Origin: Myxococcota bacterium
GTDB lineage: Bacteria > Myxococcota_A > Polyangia > Polyangiales > Sandaracinaceae
Direction of reading: 5' to 3'
Assembly: GCA_036149055.1 (NCBI GenBank)
Contig: JAYZQJ010000070.1
Coordinates: 1-40,635, forward strand
Length of the DNA stretch: 40,635 bases
The notes under the pieces are model-generated. The model did no database searches. It had not been told where the DNA came from and saw only the letters and a list, made by a program, of their open reading frames with translations. Below, in pieces: positions 8,626 through 18,028 of this stretch. Made by a program: the position numbers and the translations under genes. Positions within the stretch are counted from its first letter, which is position 1, and the number at the start of each line of letters is the position of its first letter.

Positions 8626-11600
8626 ATGGACGAGCAAGCTCCGGTTCTCTACGGAAAGTATCAGCTCCTCGACCTGCTCGCGCGCGGCGGGATGGCCGAG
8701 GTGTTCAAGGCCAAGTCGCATGGCGTCGAGGGCTTCGAGAAGGTCCTCGTCATCAAGCGGATCCTGCCGGAGCTGAGCCAGAACCCGCAGTTCGTCGAGA
8801 TGTTCATCAACGAGGCGAAGATCGCCGTCTCGCTGAGCCACGCGAACATCGTGCAGGTCTTCGACCTCGGCCGCGCCGACGACACCTACTTCATCGCGAT
8901 GGAGTTCGTCGCCGGCTACGACCTCGCGACCATCCTCGCGCGCGGCAAGAAGCTCAACAAGCCGATCCCCCAGGAGCTCGCCGTCTACGTGGTGAGCGAG
9001 GTCGCCAAGGGCCTCGACTACGCGCACCGGCGGCGCGACGCGCAGCTCAAGCCGCTCCACATCGTGCACCGCGACGTCAGCCCCCAGAACGCGCTGATCA
9101 GCTTCGAGGGCGAGGTGAAGCTCACCGACTTCGGCATCGCGCAGGCGGCGCTGGCGGTCGAGGAGAAGACCGACGCCGGGGTGCTCAAGGGCAAGTACGC
9201 CTACATGTCGCCCGAGCAGGCGCGCGGTGAGCCGGTCGACGGCCGCACCGATCTGTTCGCGCTCGGCACCGTGCTCTACGAGCTGCTCTCCGGGCAGAAC
9301 CCGTTCTACGTGCCCGAGAGCTCCTACGAGACGCTCCGCAAGGTGCGCGAGCACGACTTCGTGCCGCTCTCGACCCGCCTGCCCGAGATCCCCAAGGAGC
9401 TCGCCGCGATCGTCGAGCGGGCCATGAGCGCGACGCCGGACGAGCGGCAGCCCAACGCGGGCGCGCTCTACGAGGAGCTGGTGCAGTTCCTCTACTCGAG
9501 CGGCCGCCGGGTCAGCGGGCACGACCTCGCCGATTTCCTGCTCGAGCTGCGCCGGGCGAGCGAGCTGGCGCAGCAGGCGCCGGACGACGCGCGGCTCCGG
9601 GCGGTCTTCGACCAGGAGGCGAGCAGCAGCCCCGCCTACGCGCCCGAGGCGACCCCGGTCGAGGTGCCGGTCGCGCGGACCGGGGCCCGCCGCTCGAGCC
9701 GCCCGCGCCGGCCGACCCTCAGCAGCATCACCCAGGAGCGCCGGGACGTGACCGCGCTCGTGGTGCGCTCGCCGGACGCGCGCTTTTTGACCGACCCGGT
9801 GATCGAGCGGCTGCTCAAGCGCTTCGGCGGCGTCGAGGTCCCCTACGAGCCGCCGCCCGGCACGTCGCCGACCCTGCTCGCGCTCTTCGGCGTGCGCGAC
9901 CCGGACGGGCGCGACACCGAGGCGGCGGCGAGCTGCGCGCTGCGGATCGCGCGCTCGGCCCGCTCGGGCACCCAGACCGGCCGGCCGGGGGTGAACGTGC
10001 AGGTCGGCATCGACTGCGGCCGCATGCTGGTCGGGCTCGACGGGGCGCCGGTGCGCGACGATCAGTTCGAGCAGCTCGCCGGCCGGGCGCGCCGCCTCGC
10101 CGACCGCGCCCCGACCGGCTCGGTCTGGATCAGCCCCGAGGGCCGGCGCGCGATCGCCGGGCTCTTCAAGGCGACGGCGACCGGGGAGGGCGACGTCCCC
10201 TTCGTGGTCGAGGAGGAGCGCTCGCTCGCCGACGCGTCGGGCAAGTACGTGGGCCGGCGGGACGAGCTGCGGCGCATGGGCGAGCTCCTCGCGGCCGCCA
10301 ACCGCAGCCGCATGAAGGTCATCGGCATCGTGGGCGAGCCCGGCTCGGGCAAGACCCGGTTCCTGATGGAGACGCGCCGCCGCCTGAAGCTCGGCGGCCA
10401 CGACGTCGGCATGTACGTGGCGAGCTGCGCGCGGCAGGGCCGCAGCGTCCCGCTCTCCGCGATGCAGGAGATGCTGCGGACCATCCTCGGCATCGACGAG
10501 CTCGAGGCGGAGAGCGAGGCGAAGGAGAAGATCGGCCGGCTCCGCGAGCTCGGGCTCGGCCCGGGCGAGATCGCGGCGGTGACGGTCGCGCTCGGCGTGG
10601 CCCTCGACGAGGCCGACGAGGCGGTCGAGAACCCGGCCCAGATGCTGCGGCCCGCGCTGGCGCGCATCGCGATGAAGCTCGCCGAGGACCGCCTGACGGT
10701 CTTCGCGTGGGACGGCGCCGAGAGCATGGACGACGAGTCCCAGGCGCTGCTCGACGGCCTGATCCGCGACTCGCGCGACGCCCGCATGGCGGTGGTGCTC
10801 TCCTACCGGCCGGGCTTCGTGCACGCCTGGGCCGACGTGCCCAGCTACTTCGAGCTGCCCCTCGGGCCGATGAGCGACGAGGACGTGGCCCGGCTCACCG
10901 GCACCCGCCTCGCGGCGGAGGAGGTGCCGCTCGATCTCCTGCGCGAGGTCACCGCCAAGAGCGGCGGCAACCCGCTCTACGTCGAGGAGTACCTCAAGGC
11001 GCTCGCCGACGCGGGCGCGATCAAGGTGCACGGCGGGCGGGTCGACTACGACGTCGAGGTCGCCGAGGTCGAGGTGCCCAAGACCCTGCGGGGCATCGTC
11101 GCCTCGCGCCTCTCGCGCCTCGGGCCCACCGATCGCGGCCTGCTCCAGGTGGCCAGCGTGGCCGGCGAGCGCTTCACGCCGGAGCTGCTCGCCCACGTCT
11201 CGGGCGAGGATCCCGCGCAGGTCTCGGCCGCGCTCGACGTGCTCGAGGGGCGCGGCCTCGTGACCCGCGGCAACGCCGAGTACGACTTCCAGCACGAGCT
11301 CATCGGGGAGGTGCTGCGGGACGGGCTCACCCTGGAGTCCAGGCGCGAGCTGCACGCGGCGGTCGCCGACGCGCTCGAGACCCTGCACCCCGACCGGCTC
11401 GACGAGCTGGCCGAGAAGCTCGCCGCGCACCGGCGGGAGTCCGGGGACCGGGCGGGCGCGGTCGACTACCTGGTGCGGGCGGCCGAGCGGCTCCGGGTGG
11501 AGCACTCCCTGCCCGGCGCGGTGGCCGCGCTCGAGCGCGCGATCGATCTGCTCTCGCAGATGGCCGAGCCGGACCGCGACCGGATGATCGATCTCTACGC

Positions 11601-12612
11601 GCGCATCGGGGATCTCTGCTTCCGGAGCCGTGACCTCGAGGGCGGCGCCAAGCGCATGGCCGCGGCGGTGGAGCTCTGCGAGGCGCTCGACCGCGAGCAC
11701 GAGGTGGCGCGCTTCAGCATGCTGCGCGGCCGCCTGCTGGTGAACATGCCGGTGAGCTCCCAGGAGGGCCGCCGCTGGCTCGACCGCGCGGAGACCATCG
11801 CCCGCCGCGCCGGCGATCGCCGCCTCCTGCACGACGTCACCCTCGCGACCGCCGAGGCGGACATCCGGCTCGGCGAGCACCGGAGCGCGAGCCAGCACTT
11901 CGAGGAGGCGCTCGCGATCAGCCGCGAGCTGCAGGACACCGAGGCCCAGATCCGCGCCCTCGTGCCCCTCGCGCTCGCCAGCGCGTCGGACGGTCGCACC
12001 GATCGGGCGCTCTCGGCCCTCGAGGAGGCCCGCCGGCTCGGGGGCGAGGAGAGCGACCGCTTCACCGAGTGCGAGATGCTGAAGATGGAGTCGCTGACCC
12101 ACTTCTTCGCCAACGACTACGAGCGCAGCCGCGCGGCCGCGAGCCAGGCGTTGGAGCTCGCCAAGGAGTACGGCCTCACCTACGAGGCGGCGGTCAACGC
12201 CCACAACCTCGGCGAGGCCCACCTCCGGCTCGGCGACTACAAGCGCGCCTTCGCCTCGCTCCGCTACAGCTACGAGGTGGCCCGCGACCACGCCTGGGAG
12301 AAGCTCCAGTGGTCCAACATGCGGGTGCTCGGCTTCATCGACGCCACCCGCTTCGGCAGCAAGGAGGGCCGCGAGCACGTGGTCCGCGCCAACGACTTCG
12401 CCGAGCGCCACGGCTTCGTCTGGGACCTCATCCAGGGCCGCTACTACCTCGCCATCGTCGACCAGGGCCGCGGCGACGACGACGCCGCCCGCGCCGGCCT
12501 CCGCGACATCCTCCGGCTCGCCGCCGAGCACGGGTTCAGTGACTACGTGCAGGCCGCCGAGAAGGCCCTCCGGGCGCTCGAGCAGGGGAGCACCATCCAG
12601 CTTCCCGGCTGA
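8626..12612 (+). CDS. Hanks-type Ser/Thr kinase fused to a degenerate class III cyclase-like domain, P-loop ATPase and TPR region
   Basis: Kinase motifs GGMAEVFKA, LVIK, HRDVSPQN, DFG and YMSPEQ; then VGRRDEL...GEPGSGKTR and SGGNPLYVEE; TPR-like C-terminus (AHNLGEAHLRLGDY). Confidence 0.92.
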   Translation: MDEQAPVLYGKYQLLDLLARGGMAEVFKAKSHGVEGFEKVLVIKRILPELSQNPQFVEMFINEAKIAVSLSHANIVQVFDLGRADDTYFIAMEFVAGYDLATILARGKKLNKPIPQELAVYVVSEVAKGLDYAHRRRDAQLKPLHIVHRDVSPQNALISFEGEVKLTDFGIAQAALAVEEKTDAGVLKGKYAYMSPEQARGEPVDGRTDLFALGTVLYELLSGQNPFYVPESSYETLRKVREHDFVPLSTRLPEIPKELAAIVERAMSATPDERQPNAGALYEELVQFLYSSGRRVSGHDLADFLLELRRASELAQQAPDDARLRAVFDQEASSSPAYAPEATPVEVPVARTGARRSSRPRRPTLSSITQERRDVTALVVRSPDARFLTDPVIERLLKRFGGVEVPYEPPPGTSPTLLALFGVRDPDGRDTEAAASCALRIARSARSGTQTGRPGVNVQVGIDCGRMLVGLDGAPVRDDQFEQLAGRARRLADRAPTGSVWISPEGRRAIAGLFKATATGEGDVPFVVEEERSLADASGKYVGRRDELRRMGELLAAANRSRMKVIGIVGEPGSGKTRFLMETRRRLKLGGHDVGMYVASCARQGRSVPLSAMQEMLRTILGIDELEAESEAKEKIGRLRELGLGPGEIAAVTVALGVALDEADEAVENPAQMLRPALARIAMKLAEDRLTVFAWDGAESMDDESQALLDGLIRDSRDARMAVVLSYRPGFVHAWADVPSYFELPLGPMSDEDVARLTGTRLAAEEVPLDLLREVTAKSGGNPLYVEEYLKALADAGAIKVHGGRVDYDVEVAEVEVPKTLRGIVASRLSRLGPTDRGLLQVASVAGERFTPELLAHVSGEDPAQVSAALDVLEGRGLVTRGNAEYDFQHELIGEVLRDGLTLESRRELHAAVADALETLHPDRLDELAEKLAAHRRESGDRAGAVDYLVRAAERLRVEHSLPGAVAALERAIDLLSQMAEPDRDRMIDLYARIGDLCFRSRDLEGGAKRMAAAVELCEALDREHEVARFSMLRGRLLVNMPVSSQEGRRWLDRAETIARRAGDRRLLHDVTLATAEADIRLGEHRSASQHFEEALAISRELQDTEAQIRALVPLALASASDGRTDRALSALEEARRLGGEESDRFTECEMLKMESLTHFFANDYERSRAAASQALELAKEYGLTYEAAVNAHNLGEAHLRLGDYKRAFASLRYSYEVARDHAWEKLQWSNMRVLGFIDATRFGSKEGREHVVRANDFAERHGFVWDLIQGRYYLAIVDQGRGDDDAARAGLRDILRLAAEHGFSDYVQAAEKALRALEQGSTIQLPG

Positions 12613-12641
12613 CCCTTCGTCCTCGCTCCCGCCGCCTCCGA

Positions 12642-13600
12642 ACTCGCAGGAAGCGAGGCTCGGCCCGTGGCAGCCGGCCGGCAGAAAAAAGGGGGAGAGG
12701 GGAGGGGGGAGGCGAGGAGAGTGTGCCGACAGTAGTCGGCACGACCACCAGGTCAGGCGGGTAACGTCGGCCCCCCCGAACTCGCAGGAAGCGAGGAAGG
12801 TGGGAAGCGAGGAGAGTGCGGCTGCGCCGCGGAAGGGTGGGCCCGTCTCGGCCGCTCGCCCGGTCGGACCGGGGCGCCGGGCCGCTCGTCGGTGGCAGCC
12901 GGTCGGCAGGAAAAGGGGGAGAGGGGAGGGGGGAGGCGAGGAGAGTGTGCCGACAGAAGTCGGCACGACCACCAGGCCAGCGGTGCGTCGCGACGGGTCG
13001 GGCCGAAGGCCGGGTCGCGACTGCTGTCGCGACTTCCTCCTCGCCTCCCGCCTCCCTTCTCCCTGTCTTCGTCGCCCCGACGAGCTCCGCCTGCTCGGCT
13101 GCCGGCTACTCACGGGAAGCGAGGAAGGTGGGAAGCGAGGAGAGTGCGGCTCCGCCGCGGAAAGGTGGGCCCGTCTCGGCCGCTCGCCCGGTCGGACCGG
13201 GGCGCCCGGCCGCTCGGTCGGTGGCAGCCGGTCGGCAGGAAAAGAGGGGAGGGGGGAGGCGAGGAGAGTGTGCCGACAGAAGTCGGCACGACCACCAGGC
13301 CGGCGGTGCGTCGCGACGGGTCGGGCCGAGGCCGAGTCGCGACTGCTGTCGCGACTTCCTCCTCGCCTCCCTTCTCCCTTCTCCCTGTCTTCGTTGCCGA
13401 CGAGGGTCGCGGCGAGGGAGCCGACGAGGGTCGCAGTGAGGGAGCCGACGAGGGTCGCGGTGAGGGAGCCGACGAGGGAGGAGGGAGGGAGGAGGGAGAA
13501 CGCGAAGAGGGCGAGCCGGTCGGTGACCGCTCGCCCTCTGGGCTCTCTCTCTCTTCCTCGCTTCGGCCCTTCCTCGCTTCCTGCGAGTGGGAGGGGCCGA
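12642..13600. repeat. Composite intergenic repeat: two ~300-bp near-identical units plus one partial unit, with nested hairpins and 21-bp terminal inverted repeats
   Basis: Units at ~12780-13075 and ~13108-13395, partial unit at 12642-12752. ACTCGCAGGAAGCGAGGAAGG (12780-12800) is the exact reverse complement of 13568-13588. Hairpin GTGCCGAC-N4-GTCGGCAC at 12723, 12947 and 13270. Confidence 0.9.
13396..13478. repeat. 24-bp tandem repeat, ~3.5 copies
   Basis: GCCGACGAGGGTCGC(G/A)G(C/T)GAGGGA at 13396, 13420 and 13444, partial copy at 13468. Confidence 0.9.
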
Positions 13601-13609
13601 GCGGGTGGG

Positions 13610-14278
13610 CTACTCGGCCGCTTCGGGCGCGGCCTCGGGAGCCTCGGCGGCGGGCGCGGGGGCCGGAGCCGGGGCCGCGGCGGGCGCGGGGGCCTCGGCG
13701 GCGGGGCGGGCAGCGGCCGGGCGAGCGGCCGCCGGGCGGGCGGCGGGAGCGGGCGCGGCGGCCTCCGGGGCGGGCTCGGCCTCGGCTTCGGGAGCGTCGG
13801 CTTCGGGGGCGTCGGCCTCGGGTGCGTCGGCCTCGGGGGCCTCGTCCTCGAAGAGCGGCTCGTCGTCGAGCGCGTCGAGGGCCTCGTCGGCCTCCTGCTC
13901 GATGACCTCTTCGGTGGTGACCGGGACGTCGAGGGCCTCCTCGGCGTCGTCGCCCTCGGCGTCCTCGCCCTCGTCCGCGGCGCCGACGCTGTCGGCGGTC
14001 TCCTCGGCGACGACCTCGTCGATGACGTTCATGCTGCGCTCGCCGCTGGTCGACATGTAGGCGAGCAGGGCCGAGAGCACCATGAAGAGCGTGGCCGCGA
14101 TCGCGGTCAGGCGGGTGAGGAAGTTACCGGCGCCGGCGCCACCGAACACGGTGTTGCTGCCGCCGCCCCCGCCGAGGGCCGCACCCATGCCGCCGCCCTT
14201 ACCCTGCTGGAGAAGGACGACCATGATCAGGAAGGCGCAGACCAGGACGTAGAAGACCGAGACGATGGTGAACCACAT
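13610..14278 (-). CDS. secG: Preprotein translocase subunit SecG with a long acidic Ala/Glu/Pro tail
   Basis: VVLLQQGKGGGMGAALGGG...TVFGGAGAGNFLTRLTAIAATLFMVLS; canonical position downstream of tpiA. Confidence 0.95.
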   Translation of the reverse strand: MWFTIVSVFYVLVCAFLIMVVLLQQGKGGGMGAALGGGGGSNTVFGGAGAGNFLTRLTAIAATLFMVLSALLAYMSTSGERSMNVIDEVVAEETADSVGAADEGEDAEGDDAEEALDVPVTTEEVIEQEADEALDALDDEPLFEDEAPEADAPEADAPEADAPEAEAEPAPEAAAPAPAARPAAARPAAARPAAEAPAPAAAPAPAPAPAAEAPEAAPEAAE

Positions 14279-14392
14279 AGGGAGTCCTCAGGAAGCGCGG
14301 AGGCTAGCAGACCTCGCCCCGATGACCAGGGCCAGGAACGCGCCGATGAACGGGGCGATAACAGCCCGTCCGGGGGGAGATTCCAGGGGCCG

Positions 14393-16350
<1,958 letters not shown>

Positions 16351-16352
16351 GA

Positions 16353-17363
16353 TCAGCCCTTCTTCGCGACGTGCGCCGCGAGGTCGATCATGCGGTTCGA
16401 GAAGCCCCACTCGTTGTCGTACCAGCTCTGCACCTGGAGGAGGTCGCCCTCGATCACGGCGGTGCAGGGCGCGTCGACCACGCTCGAGTAGGTGCTGCCG
16501 ATGAAGTCGCTCGAGACGAGCTCCTTGGTCTCGTAGCCGAGGATGCCCTTCAGGTCGCCCTCGCTCGCCGCCTTCAGGGCCGCGTTGACCTCCTCGCTGG
16601 AGGTGCTCTTCGAGAGGTGCGCGGTGAGCACGACGATCGAGACGTTCGGGGTCGGGACGCGGATGGCGCTGCCGTCGAGCTTGCCCTTCAGCTCCGGGAT
16701 CACGAGGCCGATGGCCTTCGCCGCGCCGGTGGTGGTCGGGATCATCGACATCGCGGCCGCCCGGGCCCGGCGGATGTCCTTGTGCGGCAGGTCGAGGATC
16801 TGCTGGTCGTTCGTGTACGAGTGCACGGTGACCATCTGGCCCTTCACGATGCCGAACTGCTCGTGCACGACCTTCGCGATCGGCGCGAGGCAGTTGGTGG
16901 TGCAGGAGGCGTTCGAGATCACCTGGTGCTTCGACGCGTCGTAGTCGGCGGTGTTGATGCCGACGCAGAAGGTGCCGTCGACGCTCTTGCCCGGCGCGCT
17001 GATGATCACGCGCTCGGCGCCCGCCTTCAGGTGCTTGCCCGCGCCCTCGCGGTCACGGAACACGCCGGTGCACTCGAGCACGATCTCCGCGCCGAGGTCC
17101 TTCCAGGGGAGCTCCGCCGGATCCTTGATGGCGAAGCAGGGGACCTTCTTGCCGCCGATGGTGATCGCGTCGTCGTCGCTCGTGACCTCCGGGCCGAACG
17201 TGCGGTGCACGGAGTCGTACTTGAGCAGGTGCGCGAGCATGTCGTTCGTCGTCAGGTCGTTGATCCCGACGAGCTCGAGGTCAGTGCGGCCCGACTCGAA
17301 GAGGATGCGGGCGACGCAGCGCCCGATGCGTCCGAACCCGTTGATCGCGATCTTGGTGGCCAT
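16353..17363 (-). CDS. gap: Glyceraldehyde-3-phosphate dehydrogenase (type I)
   Basis: INGFGRIGR, active site ASCTTNCL, and WYDNEWGFS. Confidence 0.99.
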   Translation of the reverse strand: MATKIAINGFGRIGRCVARILFESGRTDLELVGINDLTTNDMLAHLLKYDSVHRTFGPEVTSDDDAITIGGKKVPCFAIKDPAELPWKDLGAEIVLECTGVFRDREGAGKHLKAGAERVIISAPGKSVDGTFCVGINTADYDASKHQVISNASCTTNCLAPIAKVVHEQFGIVKGQMVTVHSYTNDQQILDLPHKDIRRARAAAMSMIPTTTGAAKAIGLVIPELKGKLDGSAIRVPTPNVSIVVLTAHLSKSTSSEEVNAALKAASEGDLKGILGYETKELVSSDFIGSTYSSVVDAPCTAVIEGDLLQVQSWYDNEWGFSNRMIDLAAHVAKKG

Positions 17364-17403
17364 CGGAGAAGTCCTCGTGTGTGAAGAGCGTGACAGTCCG
17401 GCC

Positions 17404-17432
17404 TAGATATCCGCGCGAATTCCCACCGTCAA
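17404..17432 (-). promoter_or_regulatory. Candidate sigma70 promoter for gap-pgk-tpiA
   Basis: Minus strand TTGACG-N17-TATCTA, ending 40 nt before the gap ATG. The -10 box is imperfect. Confidence 0.45.
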
Positions 17433-17455
17433 GCGGACCCCGCGGAGGGGTGTGA

Positions 17456-17495
17456 CGGAAAACGAGAAGCCCCCGTCCGGGAGGGCGGGGGCTTC
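17456..17495 (-). terminator. Rho-independent terminator of the small-protein gene
   Basis: 13-bp stem GAAGCCCCCG(C/T)CC with a 4-nt loop (17466-17495), followed on the minus strand by TCGTTTTCC; 22 nt downstream of the stop. Confidence 0.75.
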
Positions 17496-17517
17496 GGAGC
17501 GCGGGCTCGGTTCCGGG

Positions 17518-17727
17518 CTACTCGGCCGGCGGCGGCGGCTCGCTCAGGGTCTCGTCACCGCGGATGTCGCTGCTGACCAGCGAGAGCATCTCGGTGGCGA
17601 AGGCCACGATGTCCGAGCGCGAGTGCCCGGTCGACTTGAGCTCGCGAAAGACCGACTTCGCGAGGATGCGAAGCGCGCGGGGTTCCTGACTCGGGCTCAC
17701 GTTCGACTGACTGCTCATCGTCTGCAT
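17518..17727 (-). CDS. Small (69 aa) helical hypothetical protein
   Basis: GGAGGGAG Shine-Dalgarno 4 nt before ATG 17727; amphipathic core RALRILAKSVFRELKSTGHSRSDIVAFATEMLSLV; has its own promoter and terminator. Confidence 0.8.
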   Translation of the reverse strand: MQTMSSQSNVSPSQEPRALRILAKSVFRELKSTGHSRSDIVAFATEMLSLVSSDIRGDETLSEPPPPAE

Positions 17728-17752
17728 GGCGCTCCCTCCAGCCCTCTCATTC

Positions 17753-17768
17753 AGCACGGCTCGTGCCA
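17753..17768 (-). promoter_or_regulatory. sigma54 (-24/-12) promoter
   Basis: Minus strand TGGCACG-AGCC-GTGCT versus consensus TGGCACG-N4-TTGCW (one mismatch). Predicted start of transcription ~17742, just upstream of the RBS. Confidence 0.78.
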
Positions 17769-18028
17769 CGGAAACCGGCCGGCTGGCCGCAAACCCGAAA
17801 ACATCATGCTTCCGTGGACTTCGATGGGAAGTCGGCCATCGAGCCGGAATTCGGGGGTGCGAATATCTGGCGAGAGGTGCGAAGGGGACTACACGTCAGC
17901 CCCCCCGATCGCCGCGTAAACAGCTACGCACCCGCGCCAGATGCGCACGTGGTGACGCACCGATCTCGGCGTGATCTCGGGGAATTCCGGATCGCGTTCG
18001 AAACACCGCCGAGACATGGCGGCGCCGA

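Noticed and set aside
8536..13113. Very long antisense or alternate-frame ORFs (8536-13113, 12539-15778, 19110-22562, 28185-31379, 32116-36717, 33171-37604 and others)
   Set aside because: Shadow ORFs expected from high GC3 codon usage; they overlap genes with clear motifs and show no domain signal.
13480..13609. tRNA-Leu often found downstream of secG
   Set aside because: No cloverleaf or TTCGA T-loop in the right context; the region is occupied by repeat hairpins.
12816..13905. ORFs within the 12.6-13.6 kb repeat
   Set aside because: Arg/Gly-rich translations of repeats; indels between repeat copies shift the frame; no transposase motifs.
17765..17835. GGAAACC...CGCAAACC resembling a c-di-GMP-I riboswitch
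   Set aside because: Lacks the GAAA-capped stem and spacing, lies antisense to the adjacent gene, and the region is better explained by the sigma54 promoter.
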